This document shows, one piece after another, positions 49,721 to 61,125 of a stretch of DNA of 64,000 nucleotides; the first letter of the stretch is position 1; each line of letters opens with the position of its first letter. The stretch lies in contig NC_058368.1 in the NCBI RefSeq assembly GCF_018350175.1, positions 40,240,001 to 40,304,000 on the forward strand. The letters run 5' to 3'. The DNA comes from Felis catus (taxonomy: Eukaryota). The notes under the pieces were generated by a model, which saw nothing but the letters and a program-made list of their open reading frames with translations, searched no databases and had not been told where the DNA came from. Both the position numbers and the translations under genes were made by a program.

Positions 49721-50691
49721 ACCTCCTGGTAGAGCCCTGGGCATTTCTGCAGGATATTTTAACATAAACTTATCTTTTATGATAATACTCTTAATATTCT
49801 GTAATCAGCTTTTGTAATAATCAATAATTTGTATATACAAGAAAAATTTCATACTGCAGTAAGAATCCTCTTATGCAAATTAATTATTCTAAAGTTTCTG
49901 TCTCATTATTTGTTTACACTAAAAGTCTTAATGTTGGAGGACTTGTTTGGAAAATCTGATCGAAAATACATGGTAGTGTCATAGAAAAGTTAAAGGTAGA
50001 ATAACCTCAAGGCAATACAGAATTATTCACCAAAATGATTATAAGTGTTAGAGCTAGGTTGTTCATGCATGTGTAGCAGTTCTCCAGGGTAAGTAACAGA
50101 AGGGATTTATTTATTCAAGAATGGTTCCTATTTCCTCTGAGTATGCTTGATTGGCCAGCTGTTTATAAATATGTAGGATTGTATTACAATATCAAAGCAG
50201 AAAGTACATCTAAGACTCATGAACCAAAACAGAAACAAGAACTAGTATTAGGAACCAAGGCAGCTAATTTTTTAGGGCCTCTTCAAGGAGTTACGATCTT
50301 GCCTCTTTCTCTGCTTTTCATGGTAAACCTGTGTGTCACAGCTAACTTTTTCTCTGTAATTCTGCATGCACATGTACACATGACCTACTATGCTCACCCA
50401 CCCAATAATAATCCTCAGTTCTAGCCATCAACTGAAATCAATTCCAAATTTTTGGAGAGATCATCCAGTTGTCTCAATCTGGGCCAGGTTTCTAAGCTTG
50501 GAGTTCTTGCTTTGGCCCAGGAACTGTTAAATAGAACAGTCATGGCTCTAAAAGCTTATGAGGCTTTCACAGACTGGTTGCTATGGACAAGGTAACAGCA
50601 AGAAGTCTCTATTTGGGTGGCAGAAATAATGGTTTTAATTTTACTTTGATGAGAGATTTAAATTAACAAGTGTGTTATGCAAATAGGTAAT

Positions 50692-50724
<33 letters not shown>

Positions 50725-51011
50725 TTTCTTGCTAGCTTTGTTCCTTTTCTTTTTAGCTCTTTTTTTTTTTTTTTTCTTCTTTTTTTTTTTTTTAATATGA
50801 AATTTATTGACAAATTAGTTTCCATACAACACCCAGTGCTCATCCCAGAAGGTGCCCTCCTCAATACCCATCACCCACCCTCTCCTCCCTCCCACCCCCC
50901 ATCAACCCTCAGTTTGTTCTCAGGTTTTAAGAGTCTCTTATACTTTGGCTCTCTCCCACTCTAACCTGTTTTTTTTTTCCTTCCCCTCCCCCATGGGTTC
51001 CTGTTAAATTC

Positions 51012-54000
51012 TCAGGGTCCACATAAGAGTGAAACCATATGGTATCTGTCTTTCTCTGTATGGCTTATTTCACTTAGCATCACACTCTCCAGTTCCATCC
51101 ACGTTGCTACAAAAGGCCATATTTCATTTTTTCTCATTGCCACGTAATATTCCATTGTGTATATAAACCACAATTTCTTTATCCATTCATCAGTTGATGG
51201 ACATTTAGGCTCTTTCCATAATTTGGCTATTGTTGAGAGTGCTGCTATGAACATTGGGGTACAAGTGGCCCTATGCATCAGTACTCCTGTATCCCTTGGA
51301 TAAATTCCTAGCAGTGCTATTGCTGGGTCATAGGGTAGGTCTATTTTTAATTTTCTGAGGAACCTCCACACTGCTTTCCAGAGCGGCTGCACCAATTTGC
51401 ATTCCCACCAACAGTGCAAGAGGGTTCCCGTTTCTCCACATCCTCTCCAGCATCTAGAGTCTCCTGATTTGTTCATTTTGGCCACTCTGACTGGCGTGAG
51501 GTGATACCTGAGTGTGGTTTTGATTTGTATTTCCCTGATAAAGAGCGACGCTGAACATCTTTTCATGTGCCTGTTGGCCATCCGGATGTCTTCTTTAGAG
51601 AAGTGTCTATTCATGTTTTCTGCCCATTTCTTCACTGGGTTATTTGTTTTTCGGGTGTGGAGTTTGGTGAGCTCTTTATAGATTTTGGATACTAGCCCTT
51701 TGTCCGATATGTCATTTGCGAATATCTTTTCCCATTCCGTTGGTTGCCTTTTAGTTTTGTTGGTTGTTTCCTTTGCTGTGCAGAAGCTTTTTATCTTCAT
51801 AAGGTCCCAGTAATTCACTTTTGCTTTTAATTCCCTTGCCTTTGGGGATGTGTTGAGTAAGAGATTGCTACGGCTGAGGTCAGAGAGGTCTTTTCCTGCT
51901 TTCTCCTCTAAGGTTTTGATGGTTTCCTGTCTCACATTTAGGTCCTTTATCCATTTTGAGTTTATTTTTGTGAATGGTGTGAGAAAGTGGTCTAGTTTCA
52001 ACCTTCTGCATGTTGCTGTCCAGTTCTCCCAGCACCATTTGTTAAAGAGGCTGTCTTTCTTCCATTGGATGTTCTTTCCTGCTTTGTCAAAGATGAGTTG
52101 GCCATACGTTTGTGGGTCTAGTTCTGGGGTTTCTATTCTATTCCATTGGTCTATGTGTCTGTTTCTGTGCCAATACCATGCTGTCTTGATGATGACAGCT
52201 TTGTAGTAGAGGCTAAAGTCTGGGATTGTGATGCCTCCTGCTTTGGTCTTCTTCTTCAAAATTCCTTTGGCTATTCGGGGCCTTTTGTGGTTCCATATGA
52301 ATTTTAGGATTGTTTGTTCTAGTTTCGAGAAGAATGCTGGTGCAATTTTGATTGGGATTGCATTGAATGTGTAGATAGCTTTGGGTAGTATTGACATTTT
52401 GACAATATTTATTTTTCCAATCCATGAGCAGGGAATGTCTTTCCATTTCTTTAAATCTTCTTCAATTTCCTTCATAAGCTTTCTATAGTTTTCAGCATAC
52501 AGATCTTTTACATCTTTGGTTAGATTTATTCCTAGGTATTTTATGCTTCTTGGTGCAATTGTGAATGGGATCAGTTTCTTTATTTGTCTTTCTGTTGCTT
52601 CATTGTTAGTGTATAAGAATGCAACTGATTTCTGTACATTGATTTTGTATCCTGCAACTTTGCTGAATTCCTGTATCAGTTCTAGTAGACTTTTGGTGGA
52701 GTCTATCGGATTTTCCATGTATAATATCATGTCATCTGCAAAAAGCGAAAGCTTGACTTCGTCTTTGCCAATTTTGATGCCTTTGATTTCCTTTTGTTGT
52801 CTGATTGCTGATGCTAGAACTTCCAGCACTATGTTAAACAGCAGCGGTGAGAGTGGGCATCCTTGTCGTGTTCCTGATCTCAGGGAAAAAGCTCTCAGTT
52901 TTTCCCCGTTGAGGATGATGTTAGCTGTGGGCTTTTCATAGATGGCTTTTATGATCTTTAAGTATGTTCCTTCTATCCCGACTTTCTCAAGGGTTTTTAT
53001 TAAGAAAGGGTGCTGGATTTTGTCAAAGGCCTTTTCTGCATCGATTGACAGGATCATATGGTTCTTCTCTTTTTTTTTGTTAATGTGATGTATCACGTTG
53101 ATTGATTTGCGAATGTTGAACCAGCCCTGCATCCCAGGAATGAATCCCACTTGATCATGGTGAATAATTCTTTTTATATGCCGTTGAATTCGATTTGCTA
53201 GTATCTTATTGAGAATTTTTGCATCCATATTCATCAGGGATATTGGCCTGTAGTTCTCTTTTTTTACTGGGTCTCTGTCAGGTTTAGGAATCAAAGTAAT
53301 ACTGGCTTCATAGAATGAGTCTGGAAGTTTTCCTTCCCTTTCTATTTCTTGGAATAGCTTGAGAAGGATAGGTATTATCTCTGCTTTAAACGTCTGGTAG
53401 AACTCCCCTGGGAAGCCATCTGGTCCTGGACTCTTATTTGTTGGGAGATTTTTGATAACCGATTCAATTTCTTCACTGGTTATGGGTCTGTTCAAGCTTT
53501 CTATTTCCTCCTGATTGAGTTTTGGAAGAGTGTGGGTGTTCAGGAATTTGTCCATTTCTTCCAGGTTGTCCAATTTGTTGGCATATAATTTTTCATAGTA
53601 TTCCCTGATAATTGTTTGTATCTCTGAGGGATTGGTTGTAATCATTCCATTTTCATTCATGATTTTATCTATTTGGGTCATCTCCCTTTTCTTTTTGAGA
53701 AGCCTGGCTAGAGGTTTGTCAATTTTGTTTATTTTTTCAAAAAACCAACTCTTGGTTTCGTTGATCTGCTCTACAGTTTTTTTAGATTCTATATTGTTTA
53801 TTTCTGCTCTGATCTTTATTATTTCTCTTCTTCTGCTGGGTTTAGGCTGCCTTTGCTGTTCTGCTTCTAGTTCCTTTAGGTGTGCTGTTAGATTTTGTAT
53901 TTGGGATTTTTCTTGTTTCTTGAGATAGGCCTGGATTGCAATGTATTTTCCTCTCAGGACTGCCTTCGCTGCGTCCCAAAGCGTTTGGATTGTTGTATTT

Positions 54001-54836
54001 TCATTTTCGTTTGTTTCCATATATTTTTTAATTTCTTCTCTAATTGCCTGGTTGACCCACTCATTCGTTAGTAGGGTGTTCTTTAACCTCCATGCCTTTG
54101 GAGGTTTTCCAGACTTTTTCCTGTGGTTGATTTCAAGCTTCATAGCATTGTGGTCTGAAAGTATGCATGGTATAATTTCAATTCTTGTAAACTTATGAAG
54201 GGCTGTTTTGTGACCCAGTATGTGATCTATCTTGGAGAATGTTCCATGTGCACTCGAGAAGAAAGTATATTCTGTTGCTTTGGGATGCAGCGTTCTAAAT
54301 ATATCTGTCAAGTCCATCTGATCCAATGTCTCATTCAGGGCCCTTGTTTCTTTATTGACCGTGTGTCTAGATGATCTGTCCATTTCTGTAAGTGGGGTGT
54401 TAAAGTCCCCTGCAATTACCACATTCTTATCAATAAGATTGCTTATGTTTATGAGTAATTGTTTTATATATTTGGGGGCTCCGGTATTCGGCGCATAGAC
54501 ATTTACAATTGTTAGCTCTTCCTGATGGATAGACCCTGTAACTATTATATAATGTCCTTCTTCATCTCTTGTTACAGCCTTTAATTTAAAGTCTAGTTTG
54601 TCTGATATAAGTATGGCTACTCCAGCTTTCTTTTGGCTTCCAGTCGCATGATAAATAGTTCTCCATCCCCTCACTCTCAATCTAAAGGTGTCCTCAGGTC
54701 TAAAATGAGTCTCTTGTAGACAGCAAATAGATGGGTCTTGTTTTTTTATCCATTCTGATACCCTATGTCTTTTGGTTGGTGCATTTAATCCATTTACATT
54801 CAGTGTTATTATAGAAAGATACGGGTTGAGAGTCAT
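51012..54836 (-). CDS. ORF2: LINE-1 ORF2p (endonuclease / reverse transcriptase / C-terminal cysteine-rich domain), 1274 aa from first ATG
   Basis: Uninterrupted ORF. APE endonuclease motifs (NVNGLN, CLQETH, GDFN, SDH), RT motifs ([12 protein letters not shown]), C-terminal CWRGC...HCWWEC. ATG of MTLNPY at 54836; the ORF track start at 54890 is a GTG. Confidence 0.97.
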   Translation of the reverse strand: MTLNPYLSIITLNVNGLNAPTKRHRVSEWIKKQDPSICCLQETHFRPEDTFRLRVRGWRTIYHATGSQKKAGVAILISDKLDFKLKAVTRDEEGHYIIVTGSIHQEELTIVNVYAPNTGAPKYIKQLLINISNLIDKNVVIAGDFNTPLTEMDRSSRHTVNKETRALNETLDQMDLTDIFRTLHPKATEYTFFSSAHGTFSKIDHILGHKTALHKFTRIEIIPCILSDHNAMKLEINHRKKSGKPPKAWRLKNTLLTNEWVNQAIREEIKKYMETNENENTTIQTLWDAAKAVLRGKYIAIQAYLKKQEKSQIQNLTAHLKELEAEQQRQPKPSRRREIIKIRAEINNIESKKTVEQINETKSWFFEKINKIDKPLARLLKKKREMTQIDKIMNENGMITTNPSEIQTIIREYYEKLYANKLDNLEEMDKFLNTHTLPKLNQEEIESLNRPITSEEIESVIKNLPTNKSPGPDGFPGEFYQTFKAEIIPILLKLFQEIEREGKLPDSFYEASITLIPKPDRDPVKKENYRPISLMNMDAKILNKILANRIQRHIKRIIHHDQVGFIPGMQGWFNIRKSINVIHHINKKKEKNHMILSIDAEKAFDKIQHPFLIKTLEKVGIEGTYLKIIKAIYEKPTANIILNGEKLRAFSLRSGTRQGCPLSPLLFNIVLEVLASAIRQQKEIKGIKIGKDEVKLSLFADDMILYMENPIDSTKSLLELIQEFSKVAGYKINVQKSVAFLYTNNEATERQIKKLIPFTIAPRSIKYLGINLTKDVKDLYAENYRKLMKEIEEDLKKWKDIPCSWIGKINIVKMSILPKAIYTFNAIPIKIAPAFFSKLEQTILKFIWNHKRPRIAKGILKKKTKAGGITIPDFSLYYKAVIIKTAWYWHRNRHIDQWNRIETPELDPQTYGQLIFDKAGKNIQWKKDSLFNKWCWENWTATCRRLKLDHFLTPFTKINSKWIKDLNVRQETIKTLEEKAGKDLSDLSRSNLLLNTSPKARELKAKVNYWDLMKIKSFCTAKETTNKTKRQPTEWEKIFANDISDKGLVSKIYKELTKLHTRKTNNPVKKWAENMNRHFSKEDIRMANRHMKRCSASLFIREIQIKTTLRYHLTPVRVAKMNKSGDSRCWRGCGETGTLLHCWWECKLVQPLWKAVWRFLRKLKIDLPYDPAIALLGIYPRDTGVLMHRATCTPMFIAALSTIAKLWKEPKCPSTDEWIKKLWFIYTMEYYVAMRKNEIWPFVATWMELESVMLSEISHTEKDRYHMVSLLCGP

Positions 54837-54886
54837 TGTGATGTCTGTATGTTTTATGCTTGTAGTGATGTCTCTGGGACTTTGTC

Positions 54887-55780
54887 TCACAGGGTCCCCC
54901 TTAGGATCTCTTGTAGGGCTGGTTTAGTGGTGACAAATTCCTTCAGTTTTTGTTTGTTTGGGAAAACCTTTATCTCTCCTTCTATTCTAAATGACAGACT
55001 TGCTGGGTAAAGGATTCTCGGCTGCATATTTTTTCTGTCTAGCACCCTGAAAATCTCGTGCCAATTCTTTCTGGCCTGCCAAGTTTCAAAAGAGAGATCA
55101 GTCACGAGTCTTATAGGTCTCCCTTTATATGTGAGGGCACGTTTACCCCTTGCTGCTTTCAGAATTTTCTCTTTATCCTTGTATTTTGCCAGTTTCACTA
55201 TGATATGTCGTGCTGAAGATCGATTCAAGTTACGTCTGAAGGGAGTTCTCTGTGCCTCTTGGATTTCAATGCCTTTTTCCTTCCCCAGTTCAGGGAAGTT
55301 CTCAGCTATGATTTCTTCAAGTACCCCTTCAGCACCTTTCCCTCTCTCTTCCTCCTCTGGGATACCAATTATGCGTATATTATTTCTTTTTAGTGTATCA
55401 CTTAGTTCTCTAATTTTCCCCTCATACTCCTGGATTTTTTTATCTCTCTTTTTCTCAGCTTCCTCTTTTTCCATAACTTTATCCTCTAGTTCACCTATTC
55501 TCTCCTCTGCCTCTTCAAGCCGAGCTGTGGTGGTTTCCATTTTGTTATGCATTTCGTTTAAAGCGTTTTTCAGCTCCTCGTGACTGTTCCTTAGTCCCTT
55601 GATCTCTGTAGCAAGAGATTCTCTGCTGTCCTGTATACTGTTTTCAAGCCCAGCGATTAATTTTATGACTATTATTCTAAATTCACTTTCTGTTAAATTA
55701 TTTAAATCCTTTTTGATCAGTTCATTAGCTGTTGTTATTTCCTGGAGATTCTTCTGAGGGGAATTCTTCCGCTTGGTCAT
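54887..55780 (-). CDS. ORF1: LINE-1 ORF1p (RNA-binding chaperone; coiled coil-RRM-CTD), 297 aa
   Basis: ATG of MTKRKN at 55780. Heptad-rich coiled coil, [14 protein letters not shown] start, ARK/YPASLS CTD motifs; stop at 54887. Confidence 0.95.
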   Translation of the reverse strand: MTKRKNSPQKNLQEITTANELIKKDLNNLTESEFRIIVIKLIAGLENSIQDSRESLATEIKGLRNSHEELKNALNEMHNKMETTTARLEEAEERIGELEDKVMEKEEAEKKRDKKIQEYEGKIRELSDTLKRNNIRIIGIPEEEERGKGAEGVLEEIIAENFPELGKEKGIEIQEAQRTPFRRNLNRSSARHIIVKLAKYKDKEKILKAARGKRALTYKGRPIRLVTDLSFETWQARKNWHEIFRVLDRKNMQPRILYPASLSFRIEGEIKVFPNKQKLKEFVTTKPALQEILRGTL

Positions 55781-56597
55781 TTTGGATAGTCCCTGGCGTG
55801 GTGAGGACCTGCAGGGCACTTCCCCTGTGTTGTGGTGTATAACTGGAGTTGGTGGGCGGGGCCGCAGTCAGACCTGATGTCTGCCCCCAGCCCACCGCTG
55901 GGGCCACAGTCAGACTGGTGTGTGCCTTCTCTTCCCCTCTCCTAGGGGCGGGATTCACTGTGGGGTGGTGTGGCCCGTCTGGGCTACTTGCACACTGCCA
56001 GGCTTGTGATGCTGGGGATCTGGCGTATTAGCTGGGGTGGGTAGGCAAGGTGCACGGGGGTAGGAGGGGCAGGCTTAGATCGCTTCTCCTTAGGTGATCC
56101 TCTTCAGGAGGGGCCCTGTGGCAGCGGGAGGGAGTCAGATCCGCTGCCGGAGGTTTGGCTCCGCAGAAGCACAGAGTTGGGTGTTTGCGCGGAGCGAGCA
56201 AGTTCCCTGGCAGGAACTGGTTCTCTTTGGGATTTTGGCTGGGGGATGGGCGGGGGAGATGGCGCTGGCGAGCGCCTTTGTTCCCCACCAAGCTGAGCTC
56301 TGTCGTCAGGGGGCTCAGCAGCTCTCCCTCCCTTTGTCCTCCAGCCTTCCCGCTTTCTGAGCAGAGCTGTTAACTTATGACCTCCCAGACGCTAAGTCGC
56401 GCTTGTTGTGGGAACACAGTCCGTTAGGCCCCTCCGCTTTTGCCAGCCAGACTCGGGGGCTCTGCTTGGCCGGCGAGCCGCCCCTCCGCCCCGGCTCCCT
56501 CCCGCCAGTCCGTGGAGCGCGCACCGCCTCGCAGCCCTTCCTACCCTCTTCCGTGGGCCTCTCGTCTGCGTTTGGCTCCGGCGACTCCGTTCTGCTC
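55781..56597 (-). promoter_or_regulatory. L1 5'UTR internal Pol II promoter (CpG-rich), lacking its extreme 5' end
   Basis: GC/CpG-rich and homologous to 28042-28870 of the other L1; established L1 architecture. Confidence 0.85.
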
Positions 56598-56952
56598 GCA
56601 AATAGGTAATTAAAATAACTTTATTTTCAATTCCCTACAACACCCCTCACATTTAAATCTAGGTATAAACCAAGTTATTTTCTGACATTATTAATTTTAT
56701 GCTATTATAAGTTTTTGTTTTTACAATTATTTTTAAATTTTTCATTAGATCTCTTAACTCTATTTTAATGTTACTTCTTTTCTAAACCCATGGGAAAAGC
56801 TAGAATATAATTTATGTTACTGTAACATAGAGACTCAAATATGCTATGATTCAAAATACATAGAAGTTAAGTGTCTCTCACAGTATGTTCTAGAGGTAGG
56901 TAGGTGTCCCAGAGCAGGAATGCAGCTCTTATCCATACAATGATCAGGGCTT

Positions 56953-57164
56953 TGGAGTACCTGGGTGGCTCAGTCAGTTGAGCGCCTGACTCTTGGCTTT
57001 AGCTCAAGTCATGATCTCGCAGTTTGTGGGTTCGAGCCCACGTCAGGCACTGAGCTGGCAGCATGCAGTCTGCTTGGGATTCTCTCTCTCCCCTCTCTCT
57101 CTGCCCCTTTCCTACTCACACTGTCTCTGTCTCTCTCAAAATAAATAAATAAACTTTAAAAAAA
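56953..57164 (+). mobile_element. CanSINE (within a probable MLT1 remnant)
   Basis: TSD ATCAGGGCTT at ~56943 and ~57167. Confidence 0.92.
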
Positions 57165-57741
57165 TTATCAGGGCTTGGATTTCATCTATAGAATTTTCTT
57201 TAATTCCTGTTGTCATGACCCACATTGGCATATTTGATGGCTAGTTTACCAGCCACAGTCATATCCAGTCCTCCAAAAAGGATAAAAGAAGAGTACAGGA
57301 AACAAGCCAGTTATTTGAATAATGTAAAATATGGGCATTTAAACATTTTTATCGCACCTTATTGGGCAAGAGTTCACAAAACCTCAGAATAAAATTTACT
57401 CCAAAGAACATGTAAAATATGGACACTTCATGAGCTGCTGTGTGCCTAGATTATTTTTAAGAGGAATTGAGAAGACCGAATATTAAGGTGGGCTTTGTCT
57501 TCTCTGCTGTTGCAGTTGTTTTATACAACAGTCCTTTCCTTGCACTCCTGATTGATTCATCTTTTGGTTAACTGTACTTTATTTTTAACTAATTTTTTTC
57601 TGGAAGATCAATAAAATGTCATTTTAACTTTCTATATGTAGGTGGTAACTTGTTGTAGGTATCTATAGAAACCAAATTTTTTTTTCTTTTAAGACTCTGT
57701 CATCCTGAGAATATTAATTCCAGATTTGTTTCTGTTACTTT

Positions 57742-57990
57742 TTTATTTTATTTTTATTTTTTTTTTATTAAAAAAATTTTTTTTCAACGTTTTTTATTTA
57801 TTTTTGGGACAGAGAGAGACAGAGCATGAACGGGGGAGGGGCAGAGAGAGAGGGAGACACAGAATCAGAAACAGGCTCCAGGCTCTGAGCCATCAGCCCA
57901 GAGCCTGACGCGGGGCTCGAACTCACAGACCGCGAGATCGTGACCTGGCTGAAGTCGAACGCTTAACCGACTGCGCCACCCAGGCGCCCC
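57742..57990 (-). mobile_element. Young SINEC_Fc-type SINE
   Basis: CpGs intact; TSD TCTGTTACTTT at 57731-57741 and 57991-58001. Confidence 0.96.
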
Positions 57991-58719
57991 TCTGTTACTT
58001 TTTTAATAATCGTGTTATTCTGCTGGCTGTTTTATGTTATTTTTCTTCATGATTGAAATGTAAAAACATTGTAGATCTACATATAGTTATAGATCTTCAA
58101 TAATTTTTTTCTGAAGTAAAAAAGAATAAGGTGTAATGAGACCAATAGGCTCAGATCTAGATGAGATCTGAGAGTGTTTACTGTCCTGTGATATTCAGGG
58201 AAAAAAGTTTCAAAAAGAAAATGGTACCATAGTTGATATGATATTAAGGACTCTGAAGTCCACATGGTCTGAGAACTAGTGCAGGGAGAGAAGAATGACT
58301 TTAAAGATTTTAGTACCTTGTCACATGGTAATAAAGGGGGTGGGCATTGAAACTTGGGGTGCAAAGAATATTATCGGAGGCAGCTGGTAGGTACATTTAT
58401 TTCTTTTTTTTTATAATAAGCTTGTGACAAATGTGACATGTGTTCAGTTTGGCTTGGTGGCAAGAAACTTGTTTTTGTATTGGTAATTAAAAGGATCTGA
58501 ATATATTTTGTGGGTAAGAGAGGTTCACAAATGATAGTACTGCAAGTGGTTTTAAGCATTCCGTGAGACCCTAACCTTGTTAGAGAACAGGGATCCATAC
58601 CTGTCGCCATTATTTATTCCTTACAGTGAAGAACTAGCCAGGTACATAGTAGATACATAATAAACATTTGTTGAATAAATGAGTAGTTGAGTGAGACAAA
58701 TAGAATTACTTAATTTCTT

Positions 58720-59672
58720 GTATTCTTTGGATAAATTCCTAGTAGTTCAATTGCTGGGTCCTAGGGTAATTCTATTTTTAATTTTTTGAGGAACCTCTAG
58801 ACTGTTTTCCAGAGTGGCTGCACCAGTTTGCATTCTCACAAACAGTGCAAGTGGATTCCCCTTTCTCCACATCCTCGCCAACATCTGTTGTTTCCGGATT
58901 TGTTAATTTTAGCCACTCTGACTGATGTGAGGTGGTATCTCATTGTGGTTTTGATTTATATTTCCCTAATGATGAGTGATGTTGAGCATCTTTTCATAGG
59001 TCTGTTTGCCATCTGGATGTCTTCTTTGGAAAAGTGTCTATTCATGTCTTCTGCCCACTTCGTCAATGGATTTTTTTGTTTTTTGAGTGTTGAGTTTGAT
59101 AGATTCTCTATAGATTTTAGATACTAACCCTTTGTCTGAGAAGTCATTTGCATATATCAGACTGCTGATTTGAAGGGGAACATGCACCCCAATGTTTATA
59201 GCAGCACTATCAACAATAGCCAAATTGTGGAAAGAGCCCAAATGTCCATCAACTGATGACCGGATTAAAAAGATGGAATACAATTCAGCTATGAAAAAGA
59301 ATGAAATCTTACCATTTGCAACAACCTGGATGGAACTGGAGGGTATTATGCTAACTGAAATCAGTCAGTCAGAGAAAGATATCACATGATTTCACTCATA
59401 TGTGGAATTTGAGAAACTTAACAAATGATCATAGGGGAAGACTAAAAAAAATAAGATAAAGCCAGAGAGGGAGGCAAACCATAAGAGACTCTTAGATACA
59501 GAGAACAAACTGAGGGTCGATGGGGAAGATGGGTGATGGGCATTGAGGAGGGCACTTGTCGGAAGAGCACTGGGTGTTGTATGTAAGTGATGAATCACTG
59601 GAATCTACTCCTGAAGCCAAGACTACACTGTATGTTAACTAACTTGAGAATAAAAAAAAAAAATTAAAAAAA
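58720..59672. mobile_element. 5'-truncated, 5'-inverted (twin-primed) carnivore L1
   Basis: 58720-59157 is L1 ORF2 3' region in minus orientation. 59158-59672 is the adjoining L1 sequence in plus orientation ([20 protein letters not shown]...), ending in poly(A). Confidence 0.9.
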
Positions 59673-59916
59673 TATTTAATTTCCTTGAATAATAAGTGTG
59701 ATAAACATTGCACTGAGTAATTTATCAAAGATTACCTCATTTTGTATAATATATGCAAGGGATGTTTTAACCACTGTCTCTAGCTGAAAAGACATAGGAG
59801 GAAGTTTATGTAATTTTAAGATCGAATAGTAAACTGTATATTAAAGATACTATTCTTTAAAGAAAAAAGATACTGTTCTTTAATTCAGTTCAAACATTTG
59901 AAAACCCTAGTGTTTT

Positions 59917-60140
59917 ATTTTTTTTATTTTTTTTTCAACGTTTTTTTATTTATTTTTGGGACAGAGAGAGACAGAGCATGAACAGGGGAGGGGCAGAGAG
60001 AGAGGGAGACACAGAATCGGAAACAGGCTCCAGGCTCCGAGCCATCAGCCCAGAGCCTGACGCGGGGCTCGAACTCACGGACCGCGAGATCGTGACCTGG
60101 CTGATGTCGGACGCTTAACCGACTGCGCCACCCAGGCGCC
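59917..60140 (-). mobile_element. Young SINEC_Fc-type SINE
   Basis: CpGs intact; TSD CCCTAGTGTTTT at ~59905 and ~60141. Confidence 0.96.
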
Positions 60141-60291
60141 CCCCTAGTGTTTTATTATAGTAATAGTTGTTTTGTTGTTTATTTTAATCTCTGCATTTTT
60201 GTCTCCTTCACTTCCAGAACTTCAACCACACATCCAGTGCTTGAACTGACTATACAACATCCCTTCCAAGTGTTTATCTATCCTAAGAAAT

Positions 60292-60525
60292 CCGTGAAGC
60301 ATAGTGGGTTAGGCTGTGGACGCTAGCCTCAGATAGAGGTTGGTTTGAATCCTAGCTCTGTATCTCACTAGCTGTGTGCTAGCTTTGACTTTCCAAAGGC
60401 TCAGATTTTTTATAAATTGGACAAAACAGTAGCACCTACCTGATTAGACTGTTTTGAAGATAAAAATCATACAAAGTGCCTCTCATTACTATGTCATAGC
60501 AAGCACTCAATAATTTTAAATGTTA
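60292..60525 (+). mobile_element. MIR
   Basis: GCATAGTGG...GGTTTGAATCCTAGCTCTG...CACTAGCTGTGTG...TAGCACCTACC...AAGCACTCAATAA. Confidence 0.8.
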
Positions 60526-60929
60526 TCAGTTGGTACTGTCCTTTGAGGAAGTGTGTTTTTTGCTGGAGCATCTACTGTGAACAGGGAGTGCATTATACTG
60601 AAACAAACTCTACTTCATGTTTTTCCTTTTCACTTTACCAGTAACTCTAAAGTCTCTTCTATACATATGTCCTCTGAAAGTGTGATGAAATGAATTTCTT
60701 CAGTCATAATCCTCTCCAAGTTACATACTTTTTAATGTGATTATCATTCTAGAGTAAAAAGAAAACGTACGGGAATACAAAATAACTGACCCATTCCTTT
60801 CAATGACCTGATACCAGGATTTCTCCCAGTGCCACAAATGTAATTCATTCTTAAAAGTTCTATTCTGTTCTTTAACTTGCAGGTATTCATTTTTTGGCTC
60901 CACTCCCTAGCCACCTGATGTCATTTCCA

Positions 60930-61125
60930 AATGTTGTGTTACTCTGTATTCTGCAAAACACCTATCACTATTTGAATTCAACTTACTTATTTGCTTGCCT
61001 GTTTCATTTTAATTATTCCCCACTAAAATTTAAATTTCATCAAACAGGCTATTCTGTCTTCCCTATCACTCTATATCACTTGTGCCGAGAATGGTACCTG
61101 GCACACATTTGTCATGGTGGTTAAA
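60930..61125 (+). mobile_element. L2 3' fragment
   Basis: CCCCACTAAAATTTAAATTTCAT...GAATGGTACCTGGCACA. Confidence 0.55.

Larger units (their letters stand above)
50694..56597 (-). mobile_element. Young near-full-length LINE-1 (feline L1) with intact ORF1 and ORF2
   Basis: CpG-rich 5'UTR (~55781-56597), ORF1, 50-nt spacer, ORF2, 3'UTR with G-rich tract and AATAAA, poly(A). Perfect 15-bp TSD GCAAATAGGTAATTA at 50679-50693 and 56598-56612. Confidence 0.98.

Noticed and set aside
51850..55583. Plus-strand ORFs of 85-150 aa overlapping L1 (also 23900-27750)
   Set aside because: Shadow ORFs antisense to ORF1/ORF2; shared between copies only through L1 homology.
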